Assembly (NCBI GenBank): GCA_963797555.1
Contig: CAWCPV010000006.1
Span: 64,001-128,000 of the forward strand
From: an uncultured Gammaproteobacteria bacterium
Lineage (GTDB): Bacteria; Pseudomonadota; Gammaproteobacteria; CAWCPV01
DNA: 64,000 bases
Direction: 5' to 3'
Made by a program: the position numbers and the translations under genes. Numbering within the stretch: the stretch's first letter is position 1; every line of letters begins with the position of its first letter. The notes beneath the pieces were generated by a model, which searched no databases, had not been told where the DNA came from, and saw only the letters and a program-made list of their open reading frames with translations. Shown here one piece after another: positions 19,847 to 31,079 of the stretch.

Positions 19847-19945
19847 GACTGACCTCCAGAGGTGTCGCGTGGTTTCCTGCTCGATTATATGTCAGCCGCC
19901 TCCGTCTAAGGCGGTCAGCGGCTTGGGGCTCACCTGCGGCGCCGC

Positions 19946-20210
19946 TCACGAGCGCAAGGCATGAGTCCGTTGCGCGGGCGAGGACGCGATCACGTGGGCC
20001 ATGTCCCCGAGGTGCACGAGATCACAACCGCGCAGCTTGCTATCGATGGCGAGGTTGAACAGGGCGAGATCCCGAATCCGCTTGGCGATCTGCAGCCGAA
20101 TGCGGATGGCCCAGATCTCCTTGAGCTTGAAGGGAGACTTCGGTCGGACCAGCCTGCCCTTTCCGGGGTCTCGGGCGGCCAGTCGCTTGGTGCGGGTGCT
20201 CAGCGCACAT
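19946..20210 (-). pseudogene. Tyrosine recombinase N-terminal fragment
   Basis: KGRLV..KSPFKLKEIWAIRIRLQ...RDLALFNLAIDSKLRGCDLV; the catalytic C-terminus is absent. Confidence 0.75.
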
Positions 20211-20762
20211 GGTAGGGTCCCCCAGGGTGGTTGAGGAACCATGAGTCTGCGCGCCCACCACAACGGTCGGTTCACGACCCTGAGCTAGCACTACGAGACC
20301 CTCCTGAGCGAAGGCGAGGCGGCCAATCCCCCGGCCTGCGCGAGCAAGCAGACGATGTGCTGCGATTCACCCGCGACCCGCGCGTACCCGCGATGCAGCC
20401 TCGCAACGGCGTGCTATGTGATGTATCCTAGCCACTTGGCGCCTGCCCGTATCCTCGATTCAGCGTCTGGCGCGCGCCGTCTACGGCCACGAATCGAACC
20501 GAGCGGAGTCGGATACGGTAACGGGCTGCAGTATCTCTCGCTTCCCAAATAATACAAAGAATTATCTGCGGAAGCTGCCGTGCCGGCCGTTGGTGACAAG
20601 AGCTAAGGATGAGGTCAGCTTTCGTCAGGGAGGCGGTCCTACGAAGGACTTAATGGCGCCGGCGCTTCACCCGTGCGCGTGCAGTGCGCCCTGCTTCGAT
20701 TCTAGAGCCCCGCCTCTCTCCTGCCCGGTGCGCGCGGGCGCTCCTCCTGTCCGGAGGAGCCC

Positions 20763-21377
20763 ATGCCTCAGGACAGGCTGGGGTTGACCGTGTCCTCCGT
20801 CCCCCACAACGCGTATCCGTTGGGTGCGACGCCCGACCAGCGCTCGCGCGGTCATGTCGAGGCGATTCGCGCCGAGCAGATCCGGCTGCTGCTGCGCCAA
20901 GCCCCGTTTGGCCTCAGCGCTGTCGCCATCAACGCCGTCATCCTCGTCGCCGTCATGTGGGGCGAGATACCGCAAGTCCTGCTACTCACCTGGTTGGCGC
21001 TCACCCTGCTGCTTACCCTGGCGCGTTACCTGCTAACACGGGCTTACTCCCGCGCACAGCCCATGCCCTCCGAAGCGGCGCGCTGGGGGTTCTGGTTCGT
21101 GCTCGGCGCGGGCGTCTCGGGGCTCACCTGGGGCGTGGCCGGCGCCCTCTTCTTCACCCGGCAAAGCTATGCCCACCAGGCATTCCTGGCGTTCGTGCTC
21201 GCCGGCATGTCGGCGGGCGGTGTGTCCACGCTATCGTCCTATCCCGGCACTTACCCCGCCTTCCTGCTGCCGGCCCTGCTCCCCTATACGGGACGGGTTT
21301 TTGCCCAAGGGGGTATCCTGCATACCGCCATGGGGCTGATGCTGGTCCTGTTCTCTGGCTTGATGCTGTGCCTCTGA
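20763..21377 (+). pseudogene. Multi-TM sensor N-terminus (histidine kinase or GGDEF type), truncated at an ISL3 remnant
   Basis: AEQIRLL followed by about six hydrophobic helices; ORF ends exactly where ISL3 sequence begins; no output domain. Confidence 0.65.
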
Positions 21378-22386
21378 GGGCGGGCTCGGTCTTGATCTCC
21401 TGGCGGCGCACCGCGTCGACCGCCTCGTTGGCGAGCTTGATCACGTGGAAGGCATCGAAGCTCACCGTAGCCTGAGGCAGATGCTTGGCCACCCCGGCGC
21501 GGTAGGCGGCGGACATGTCGATGCACACCTGCTCGATGGCCTGCGGGTCGCCGCCGTGCGCCTTGAGGTCGGCGGCGAAGGCCGCCACGGTGCTCTGGTC
21601 GCGGCCCTCGCAGGCGAACAGCAGGCGTTTTCCCGTGAGGTCATGGAACAGGCTGATGTAGTGCTGTCCACGCCGGGCAGCGGTCTCGTCCAGGCCCACA
21701 GCGCTCACCTGCGAGTGGTCCTCCTGAGCACGGGCCCTGCCTACGTAGTGATCGAGCACCGCCCACAGGCGCTCATCGCCCACGCCCAGGTGCCGAGCCA
21801 CGGTCGCCACCGGCATGGCCTGGCACAGCGTGACCACCAGCGCCTCCATCAGCGCCGTGAAGCCACTCTGTGCGCGCGCCCACGGCGGGTTCGACCTGGG
21901 TCGTCTTGCCGCAGGCCTCGCAGCGCACCCGCGGCAGATGCGCGTGCAGGTACGCCCGTGACTTAAAGAAGCTCAGGTGCTGCCAACTGCGCTCCCGGGT
22001 GTCGTGCACCGCCTGGCCTTGCACTCCGCAGGCCGGGCAAGCAAAGCGGCTGCCCTTGGCAAACGCCACATCGAGGTCGATGCGCCCAGCCTCGGGGTCG
22101 AAGCGCACGTCGGTGACCTCCCAAGGCGCCGTCAGGCCCAGTGCCGTGGTAAACAGATGCGTGGGCCGCACGGTGCTCCCCCCTTGGATGACGACCTGTG
22201 GATTTGTGGACGAGCCCTGCGGAGCGGCCCGCGTCCCAAGGACCGTGTGGACAACCTCCCGGTTGCCCACACTCGCGGGCCTCTCGCCCACAACCCCACA
22301 AGCCCAACCACAAGATGTTGTGATAAGCGACCGGTCAGGGCAGATGCTACTTCACCACCGCGACCCACACAATTTCCGAAAGAGCC
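21368..22386 (-). mobile_element. Partial ISL3-family element (left end and 5' two-thirds of transposase, frameshifted)
   Basis: Terminal GGCTCTTTCGGAAATTGTGTGG on minus strand; zinc finger CPACG, GLDET, CIDMS, FDAFHV; closely similar to the ISL3 at 56831. Confidence 0.9.
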
Positions 22387-22489
22387 ACATAAAATCAGAG
22401 CGACTGGACGGCGGCCCGTCCTTCAGCGCTTGCCTCCGTGGTAAGCTTTCGCGTGCGGGCTGCCGCCGATTATGAGCGGTCCGTTAGCC

Positions 22490-22645
22490 ATGGGGGTGCC
22501 CTGATCGTAGCTGAGGGTGATGTCTTCAGCGGGGTCGGGGAAGTGGACGGCGCTCAGGCCGTTCAGCGCATCGTAGCTGTAGATGATGATGGTGCCGTCG
22601 ACGCGGGTCTCGCTCACGCAGTTGTCGGCGGCATCGTAGGCCTAG
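22490..22645 (-). pseudogene. RHS/YD-repeat fragment
   Basis: Minus strand reads YDAADN...YSYDALNGLSAVHFPDPAEDITLSYDQG. Confidence 0.55.
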
Positions 22646-22699
22646 ATGGTGAGACCTTATCAGGGGGAAGTAAATCGAGTACGACCCCATTTATTCACG

Positions 22700-23177
22700 A
22701 TTATCGAGTACGACCCCTTTTATTCTTCGACGCTCTTCAAGGCAGTGGAAAATTGGGTTTGCCGCTTATTGGGATGGGCTGTTTTACGAAAATCCGCCTG
22801 TCGCCGACTTCATGGTGGACAAGGTCGAGGAGCGTCCTGACGAAATCTGGATCGTGCGGATCAATCCCCAAACGCGCAGGACGATTCCGAAAACAACAGA
22901 AGGTATACTGGATCGACGGAATGAATTGTCAGGCAATCTATCTATGAACCAGGAACTTCATTTCATCGAGGTCGTGAATCGATGGATAGAGGAGGGTTAC
23001 TTCGCGGAAAAGGCCTCCGAAAAGTTCAAGAAGGTTAGGGTGCGCTGGATCGATATGAGTCCCGAATTGTCTGCGACCCTGGATTACGCCTCGAAACTCG
23101 ATCGGTCGCCGTCCTTCCTGCATCAGTTGATGGAGGAAGGCAAACGCCAAGCCGTTACGTTCTTGCTGGGCATGTGA
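22700..23177 (+). pseudogene. Patatin-like phospholipase C-terminal fragment
   Basis: YWDGLF-x-NPP in one frame, then PDEIWIVRINPQ...DRRNELSGNLS...SKLDRSPSF; N-terminus missing. Confidence 0.65.
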
Positions 23178-23229
23178 GCTGGTGATTACCTTCACTGAGT
23201 GTCCGAGTCACTCATGGGATGCCTCACTG

Positions 23230-25098
23230 CAGAACTCCTGACATGCGCTACCTAACCGATTGAGAAGGCGCTATAATCGATGCGGGTATCGAAATATAAA
23301 TACGAGACCAGAGGAATGCTATGCCAGGCACCATTGAGCTTCCCTTGCTGCCCGAACAGGCTGTGACATTGGGTCCGCGGTTGACGGTCATCGAAACGCC
23401 CAAGGAACTCGTGTTCATGAATGCCTCCGGTCCGTTGATGAGCTGCGCGCGCACGGATACGACGGCTAAGTGTTACCTCGGGGCGGTGTTCATGACGCAG
23501 GGTTTAGCGAAGGGTGAGGACTTGGCGGCGGTGTTGGGTGTTCACCGCTCGACGGTATTTCGCAACCAGAAGCTGTATCGCGAAGGGGGTCTTGATGCCA
23601 TACGCGATGGCCGAGGCCATGGTGCGCCGCGTCGTGGGCATAAGCTCACCGATGAGGTTTTGCCGATCGCTCAGGCGTGCTTGGACCAAGGGTGCTCGCA
23701 GTCGCAGGCCGCGCGTGCGCTCGGTGTGAGTGAGACGGCGGTGCGCCATGCGATCAAGACCGGACGGCTGCGCCGCTCGCCAACAGGCGGCGCAACTAGC
23801 CGCGGCGTTGACCGCCCAGTGGGCGCAGGGGGAGCCCGATGAGCTGGGCATACTGTACGTCGACGGTCACGTCCATGCCTACACGGGGCGCAAGCATCCG
23901 CTGCCTAAGACGTTGGTGCAGAAACGCCGCCAGTGTCTGCCCGCCTCGACGGATGTTTGGGTGCATAACGGAGCGGCCGAGCCGGTGTTCTTCGTCACCA
24001 GCCCCCTCAATGGACACCTCTTGGCGCTGATCGAGCAGGAGGTCATTCCCCAGGCGCGCCAGCAGATCGGCCCCGACCGGACGCTGACCTTGGTGTTTGA
24101 CCGTGAGGCTTGGAGCCCCCAGTCCTTCCAGCAGTGGCACAGCCAAGGGGCCGAAGTCATCACGTATCGCAAGGGTAAACAAACGCCCTGGGACCCGGAG
24201 GACTTCCGCCCCTTAAGCGTCGAGCACCACGGTAAGTCTGTGACCTATAGTCTGGCCGAGTGCAGCGTGCAGGTCATCGCTGCCAATCGCAAGCAACCCG
24301 CCTTGTGGATGCGCGAGATCCGCCGCTTATGCAAAAACGGACATCAGAGCGCGATCCTGACGACCCGGCAGGACTTACCTGCCGCAGAGATCGCCCATCG
24401 CATGTTCGGCCGTTGGCGCCAAGAGAACTTCTTCAAATACCTGCAGGACGAATTCAACATCGACCACTTGAGCACCTATGCCACCGAACCAGCCGATCCT
24501 GAGCGGATGGTTCCCAATCCTGAGCGCCGAGCGCTGATAAAATCGCTCCAGGCAACCAAGGCGCAGCTCGGCAGAGCCTACGCCCAGCGTGGCAAGCACC
24601 AACGTAACAGGGCATCGACGGCGAAGCAAGAGAAGGCGACAGAGGCCATCGAACGATTGGAAAGGCAATGCGAGCAACTCAGCGAACGCATCAACGCGAT
24701 GGAAAAGCGCGTGCCATTGAAGAGCATTTATGAGGCGGACAAGATCGTACATCACGAACGCGAACGAAAAACCATTACCCGGCTCATCAAGGTCGTCGCT
24801 TATCGCAGTGAGAGTTGTCTCGCGAGCATTGTCGAACCCTTTTTCGTGCGCCACGACGACGAAGTTCGCGCCTTCCTCAAAGCCGTGTTCTGCTTACCCG
24901 GCGAGATTATCCCGGATTACCAGCGCCATGAATTGCGGGTGCGTCTCTACGGCTTGGCCAATAATCGATCTCAACAAGCTCTCATCGCTCTTTGCGAATA
25001 TCTGAATACCCAGCAGATGAAATACCCTGGCACCCACCTGCCCCTGGTCTACGACACCGCCCAGTCGCATTGAATTTAGCGCCAAGTCAGGAGTTCTG
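23230..25098 (+). mobile_element. IS element with DDE transposase (family uncertain, IS4-superfamily-like), split into ORFs 23321..23842 and 23730..25073
   Basis: Terminal inverted repeats CAGAACTCCTGACATGCGCTA and TAGCGCCAAGTCAGGAGTTCTG; HTH N-terminus, YVDGH, VFDRE, RWRQENFFK. Confidence 0.8.
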
Positions 25099-25209
25099 CG
25101 CTGTGACTGAGACGACCGTTCCTGCTGGGTCTATAAGCCGTTACGACTCATGCGCCAGGTTTTCGCAGTGCCTTCGCAACCTGAGTCGGCGGTCATCCAC
25201 ACGAGAGGA

Positions 25210-25560
25210 GTGCGGCGTGCAGATTTGGGAGTGAGATGGGGACAAAACAGGCCGGTCGGTACAGGTACACAGCTTGGCCGGGCGCCGCTGGGAGGCAGCG
25301 TCTGAGCAATTAGGGGTTGTAAGTTTCCCCAGGGTGAAGTTGCAGGCCGTAGCGCGAGCGAACCTACGAGTAGCCTCGTTACGATGAGCTGGAGATGCCG
25401 ACCCTGTGGTCAGAAGGGGAAGGCCGCTGTCGGTGGAATGGGAAAACGGAAGCGTTCCATCGGATCTCCCGGGGTAGCAGGGGCGGCATGCAGCGGAAGA
25501 GAAGCAGAGCAGGGCGGGAGACCCGCGGCGGTGGGGCACAGGGCCGCCAACCGCTAGAAA
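25210..25560 (+). ncRNA. 5' fragment of a group II intron (domain I region), no RT ORF
   Basis: Starts with GTGCG; purine-rich structured segment with GAAGGC and GGGAGACC motifs typical of bacterial group II intron 5' regions; cut off by IS1380 sequence. Right boundary approximate. Confidence 0.55.
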
Positions 25561-26711
25561 GGTGCACGGACAACTCCTTTCGCGGGACTTCAACCCGCCA
25601 GAGAAACAGACGGTTACGGCATACGGCCAGAGAGAACGATTTCTTCCGCCAGGCGCTGGGTATCGAGCGGGTGCCTTCGGCGGAAAAGCTGAGGCAGCGC
25701 CTCGAACGAGCACGCAGCGGCGATGCGGGGGTATCGACGAGGCCAATATTGAGTTCATGGTCAACGCCAAGGTGCCGGTGAGCCCCCTGAAGACCGCCCA
25801 TGCGCCCGTGGACATCGATGTCTTTCCCATGGACAACTCCGGGACCCAGAAAGAAGGGGGCTCGCGCACCTACCCCGGCTATGACGGTTATGCGCCGATC
25901 GCGGCCTATGTGGGAGCCGAAGGCTGGAGCCTCGCCTGTGAGCTGCGCGAAGGCAAGCAGCACAGCCAGAAGGAATTCAGCTACGTCTGGGAGCGCATCC
26001 TGCCGCGCGCCAGGCGCCTGACGGCCCTGCCTTTGCTGGTACGCCAGGACAGCGCCCACGACGCACTGGAGAATCGGCTGAGGTCTGTGCAAGAGGAGGT
26101 GGACTTCATTATCCAGTGGAACCCCGAGGCGAGGACCCTGCGCAGTGGCTTGAGCGCGCCGAGCACCAAGGGGTGTGGGAGACACCCCGACCCGGCAAGC
26201 GGATAGCGCTGTTCAGCGTCATCGAGGAGCACCCCCATCCAGGCCATACCTACTACGTTCGCCGGGTCATGCGGGTGACCGAGCGCACCATCGACAAATA
26301 GGGCCAAATGCTGCTGGTGCCGGAGCTTGAGCTCGAGGGCTGGTGGACCTCCCTGGCCTACTCTGACCATGCGATCCTCGCCCTGTACCAGGACCACGGC
26401 ACCTCCGAGCAGTTTCACGAGACGAGTTCAAGACCGATCTCGACATCGAGCGGCTGCCCTCCGGGAACTTTGACACCAATGACCTACTGCTGGGCTTTGC
26501 CGTATTCGCCTACAACATCCTGCGCTTCATCGGTCTCATCGGGCTGACCGGCGAGGTCGCCCCCCTGCGCCACCCAGCCAAGCGCAGGCGGCTCCGGACC
26601 GTCATCCAGGAGCTGATGTATCTCGCCGCCCGGTTGGTCGCCACCGCCCGGAGGCTCTGTCCCGGCTTCCGCGCCTTCGAGCAAGTGTATTGCCAACTCG
26701 CCTTCGGGTAG

Positions 26712-27797
26712 CTAGTGTAGTGCTTCATTCTGTTTAGAACTTAAACGTGCGTTGGCGCGGATGACCTTCTGCAGGATGTCCTTAGCCTTGGCGGTCCAGA
26801 TGAAGGGTTTGGGATTGGCGTTGTGGGCATCGACATAGCGGTTGATGGCATGGATCAACTCGGGGACGCTTCGAAACACGCCACGGCGCAACCGATCCAC
26901 AGTCAGGTCGCGGAAGAATCGCTCGACCATGTTCAACCAGGATGCTGAGGTGGGCGTGAAATGGATGTGGAAACGCGGGTGTTTTCCCAGCCATTTCTGA
27001 ACGTTGGGATGTTTGTGGGTGGCGTAGTTGTCGCAGACCAAGTGCAGTTCCTTGTCCTTGGGCGTCTCGCGGTCGATTTGGCGCAGGAAGGTGAGCCACT
27101 CCGTGTGGCGATGGTGCGGCTCGCAGCGGGCAATCACGGAACCCTCCAAGGTGTTCAGGGCAGCAAACAGTGTCGTGGTGCCATGGCGCTTGTAGTCATG
27201 GGTCATGGTCGCAGCCCGCCCCTTCTTCAGCGGCAGGCCAGGTTGGGTACGATCCAGCGCCTGAACCTGACTCTTCTCGTCGCAGCACAACACCAAAGCA
27301 TGCTCCGGGGGGGACAGATACAGCCCGACGATGTCCTCCAACTTCTCGGTGAATTTCGGGTCGCGCGATACCTTGAAGGATTCGACACGATGCGGCTTCA
27401 GCCCATGGGCATGCCACACGCGCAGCACCGTGGTGTCGCTCACTCCCATTTCCTTAGCCAGGGTCCGCGTACTCCACTGTGTCGCTGCTAAGGGCTGGGT
27501 CTGAGTCGTGCGTCGCACGATCTCGGCGGCATCCACCTTGGGCTGACGACCTCCGCGCGGCAGGTCACACTCGATGGCCGCCAGCCCGCCTTGCGCATAG
27601 CGCTCCCGCCAACGCCCAACCTGCACACGCCCAATCTTGAGTTCCGCCGCGATGGCCTTGTTCTCCATGCCCACCGCCGCCAACAGCACAATGCGCGCTC
27701 GGCGGGCCAGCCTCACACTCGTGGTGTTCGAACGCGACACACGCCTCAGGCTCCGCTGTTCTTCCGCGCTCAGTCGGACCATCGGGGCTACTCGCAT
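26712..27797 (-). CDS. IS630-family transposase
   Basis: HTH N-terminus, CCDEKSQVQAL, THDYKRHGT, CDNYATHK, SWLNMVERFF. Confidence 0.95.
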   Translation of the reverse strand: MRVAPMVRLSAEEQRSLRRVSRSNTTSVRLARRARIVLLAAVGMENKAIAAELKIGRVQVGRWRERYAQGGLAAIECDLPRGGRQPKVDAAEIVRRTTQTQPLAATQWSTRTLAKEMGVSDTTVLRVWHAHGLKPHRVESFKVSRDPKFTEKLEDIVGLYLSPPEHALVLCCDEKSQVQALDRTQPGLPLKKGRAATMTHDYKRHGTTTLFAALNTLEGSVIARCEPHHRHTEWLTFLRQIDRETPKDKELHLVCDNYATHKHPNVQKWLGKHPRFHIHFTPTSASWLNMVERFFRDLTVDRLRRGVFRSVPELIHAINRYVDAHNANPKPFIWTAKAKDILQKVIRANARLSSKQNEALH

Positions 27798-27877
27798 CAG
27801 TGCTCTCCTGTCTTGGCTTCATAGCCCTGGACAGCGATAGATCATATATGTTCCGTTAATTACCAAGCACTACACTA
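26713..27877 (-). mobile_element. IS630-family element, apparently intact
   Basis: Ends TA-GTGTAGTGCTT and AAGCACTACAC-TA, both in CTAG context (TA duplication). Confidence 0.92.
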
Positions 27878-28176
27878 GGACGACATCAGAGAAGCTCCAC
27901 CCGTGCCCCACCAGGCTGCGGTGTAAACCTACGCCCGAAAGGCAGCACCAAAGGGTCAAGGTCCTGCAATCACCCCTGCGCCGAGGAGGATCCAAGCCTT
28001 CTCTGCAGCCGGTGTCACCGGTTGGCCAAAAACTGTACCAACTCAACTGAGAAGACCTCCCATTCCCCTCCCTTCCGGCTGCTCAAAGCTCGAAGTCACG
28101 GATCCAGGACCGCGTCAGACTGAAAGGGCTTGGCATATAATCGAACAGGAAAACACCCGACACTTGGAGGTCAGTC

Positions 28177-28483
28177 ATGCGCATGCTTATGCACGTTAAG
28201 CTCCCGGTTGAACCGTTCAACACCGCCGTTCTGGATGGCACCGCAGGGGAAAAGATCCAGCGAATTCTTGAGGCTATCAAGCCCGAAGCCGTCTATTTCT
28301 CCGAGCAGAACGGCCGGCGCGGTGGCACCTTAGTCGTGAACGTCCACGAATCCGTCCGAGGTCCCCATGTTGGCCGAGCCGTGGTTTCTCACATTCGATG
28401 CCGAAGTGGAGTTTCGGATTGCCATGACGCCCGAAGAACTCGTGCGCGCCAACTTGGAGGCCTTGGGAAAGAAGTGGGCTTAG
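28177..28483 (+). pseudogene. DUF3303/GYD-like small protein, copy 2 (frameshift at ~28350)
   Basis: Near-identical translation to 19541..19846 up to VVNVHE; remainder (PMLAEPWFLTFDAEVEFRIAMTPEEL) lies in a shifted frame. Confidence 0.75.
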
Positions 28484-28809
28484 TCAAGCCGGCCGTCGAC
28501 TGGGACGTTGGTTAACCGTCACCGATGTCCGCGACCGCACAGCGTCTTGCGTCCTGCCGCGGGACCGGCGGAAGCTGGTGGTTGGGTGCGGCCGGAGGAG
28601 TGCCAGCTCGCGGACTGACAACGGCCGGAGTGGCCGGTCAAGCGGCCGGTTGTTCGGGTTGATCCGGCCAAGGGACGCGGTCTAATCGGGTAAGGGCGGG
28701 TGTTTGGCCCGCCCTCCTCGTACCACCAGCGAGGAGGTGACACGGTCATGAACTCACAAATCTTTGGATTGCGTGTAGCGAGCATTGTGTTCGGGTTAAT
28801 AGCCATAGC

Positions 28810-28998
28810 CATGGCTGGCCGCTTGGCGCGACCCCTGGGAGGACCAGATGTTGTTTCTGGGCGCCCGCGGATTCCGCTGCATCGCCCATGACCGCCGCGG
28901 TAATGGCCGATCGAGCCAGCCTTGGAACGGCAACGACATGGACACGTACGCTGACCTTGCGACGCTCGTCGAAACGCTCGATCTCCAGAACGCCATCC
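28810..28998 (+). pseudogene. Non-heme chloroperoxidase-like alpha/beta hydrolase fragment
   Basis: HGWPL...[37 protein letters not shown] read across frames. Confidence 0.7.
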
Positions 28999-29050
28999 AG
29001 TCGGTGAGTCGCTCGATCTGAGCACCCACGCCAACAATGGACACATCGCC

Positions 29051-30733
29051 ATGACCGGTGCCATCGCTACGCCAGAACCTTTGACGCTTACCGCGCGTAT
29101 CGCCCAGATGTTTCCGACACTGACGCCCGCGCAGATCGAGCGCATCGGGGCGCACGGGCACCGGCATCCGATCCAACGCGGCGAGGTGCTCTTCGAAGCG
29201 GGGTCCGAGGTCATGCCGTTCTTCGTGGTCACGGAAGGTCAGATCGAGATCGTCCAGCCATCCGGCGCCACCGAGACGCTGATCGCGGTCCATGAACCGG
29301 GTCAGTTCACCGGCGAGATCCAAATGCTCTCGGGCCGCCGAGCGCTCGTCCGGGCGCGTGCCAGCGAGCCGGGCGAAGTGATCGAGCTGGATCGCGAGCA
29401 CCTTCTGGCACTCGTGCAGACCGACAGCGAGCTGAGCGAGATCATCATGCGCGCCTTCATCCTGCGCCGCGTGGAGTTGATCGCGCACGGGTTCGGAGAC
29501 GTCGTGCTCATCGGGTCGACTCATTGCTCGGGAACGCTGCGCGTCAAGGAGTTCCTGACGCGCAACGGTCATCCCTACTCGTACATCGACCTCGACCGTG
29601 ACTCCAACGTCCAGGCCCTGCTCGACCGGTTCCATATCTCCGCCGCGGACGTGCCGGTGCTGATCTGGCGCGGCGACGTGGTGTTGCGGAGCCCGACCAA
29701 TCAGCAGATCGCCGATTGCCTCGGCTTTAACGCCGCGATCGACGAGACGCAGATACGCGACGTGGTCATCGTCGGCGCGGGACCCGCGGGGCTCGCGGCG
29801 GCCGTGTACGCCGCGTCGGAGGGGCTAGACGCCCTGGTGATCGAGACCAATGCGCCCGGGGGACAGGCCGGTTCGAGCTCGAAAATCGAGAATTACCTCG
29901 GCTTCCCGACGGGCATCTCAGGCCAGGCGCTCGCCGCCCGCGCGTACACACAGGCGCAGAAGTTCGGGGCCCAGGTGATTATCGCGAAAAGCGCCACGCG
30001 GCTGACGTGCGACCGCAAACCCTACGCCATCGAGATCGGTGAGGGTCCGCGCGTGACGACACGCACCGTCGTGATTGCGACGGGCGCCGAGTACCGGAAA
30101 CCGGCGATCGAGAACCTGTCGCGGTTCGAAGGGGCAGGCGTGTACTACGGCGCGACCTTCATGGAGGCGCAGTTGTGCGCCGGTGAAGAGGTGATCGTGG
30201 TGGGAGGCGGAAACTCGGCCGGCCAGGCCGCGGTTTTCCTCGCGCAGACAGCCAGGCGCGTGCACATGCTCGTCCGGTCGAGCGGGCTGGCCGAGAGCAT
30301 GTCGCGCTACCTGATCCGGCGGATCGAAGAAAATCCCGCCATCGTCTTGCGAACGCAGACGGAAATCGTGACCCTCGAAGGCAGCGGCCATCTCGAACGC
30401 GTGCGCTGGCGCGAACATCGGTCCGGAAACGTCGAGACCCACGACCTCCGGCACGTCTTCTTCATGACCGGCGGCGTTCCCAACACGCAGTGGGTCGATA
30501 GCTGCCTCCTACGCGACGCGAAGGGATTCATCAAGACCGGATCCGAACTGACGCAGGACGACCTCGCCGCGGCGCATTGGCCGCTCGGCCGCGCGCCGCA
30601 CCTCCTGGAAACGAGCCTGCCCGGCGTGTTCGCGGTCGGCAACGTCCGGGCAGGAAGCATCAAGCGCGTGGCGTCCGCCGTCGGGGAGGGATCGATTACC
30701 ATCGCCTTCGTACACCAAGTACTCCGCGAGTAG
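29051..30733 (+). CDS. cNMP-binding domain + thioredoxin-reductase-like FAD oxidoreductase
   Basis: cNMP fold (PGQFTGEIQMLSGRRALVRARA), GAGPAG, IENYLGFP, GGGNSA, TSLPGVFAVG. Confidence 0.9.
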   Translation: MTGAIATPEPLTLTARIAQMFPTLTPAQIERIGAHGHRHPIQRGEVLFEAGSEVMPFFVVTEGQIEIVQPSGATETLIAVHEPGQFTGEIQMLSGRRALVRARASEPGEVIELDREHLLALVQTDSELSEIIMRAFILRRVELIAHGFGDVVLIGSTHCSGTLRVKEFLTRNGHPYSYIDLDRDSNVQALLDRFHISAADVPVLIWRGDVVLRSPTNQQIADCLGFNAAIDETQIRDVVIVGAGPAGLAAAVYAASEGLDALVIETNAPGGQAGSSSKIENYLGFPTGISGQALAARAYTQAQKFGAQVIIAKSATRLTCDRKPYAIEIGEGPRVTTRTVVIATGAEYRKPAIENLSRFEGAGVYYGATFMEAQLCAGEEVIVVGGGNSAGQAAVFLAQTARRVHMLVRSSGLAESMSRYLIRRIEENPAIVLRTQTEIVTLEGSGHLERVRWREHRSGNVETHDLRHVFFMTGGVPNTQWVDSCLLRDAKGFIKTGSELTQDDLAAAHWPLGRAPHLLETSLPGVFAVGNVRAGSIKRVASAVGEGSITIAFVHQVLRE

Positions 30734-30743
30734 AGGAAACCCC

Positions 30744-31016
30744 ATGACATCCAGATCATCCTGCGCTCATCTCGGCGCCATTACGACGGTCACACACGCG
30801 AAACGCCGGGAGTGCGATGAGTGTGTGAAGATCGGCGCAAGATGGGTCCATCTGCGGACCTGTCAGGAGTGCGGCACGACGCTGTGCTGCGACGATTCGC
30901 CAAACCGCCACGCGACCAAGCACGCGCACGGCAGTGGGCACCCCGTGGTAGCCTCGGCGGAGCCCGGGGAGCGGTGGCTGTACTGCTATCCGGACGACGC
31001 CTTCGCGGAATACTGA
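30744..31016 (+). CDS. UBP-type zinc finger protein
   Basis: CAH...CDEC...WVHLRTCQECG..LCCDDSPNRHATKH...HPVV..EPGERW.YCY. Confidence 0.9.
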   Translation: MTSRSSCAHLGAITTVTHAKRRECDECVKIGARWVHLRTCQECGTTLCCDDSPNRHATKHAHGSGHPVVASAEPGERWLYCYPDDAFAEY

Positions 31017-31079
31017 AGTCAGGCGCAAATAAAGAAAGTGGGATTCTAGATCCGCCACAAAAAGGGCTTCCGCCTGCCG

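Larger units (their letters stand above)
25630..28108 (+). mobile_element. Degenerate IS1380-family element (5'-truncated, frameshifted), interrupted by IS630
   Basis: DFFRQALG, DIDVFPMDNSGT.KEG match the copy at 63533. Right end CGAAGTCACGGATCCAGG is the inverted counterpart of CCTGATTCCGTGACTTCG at 63427. Confidence 0.85.
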
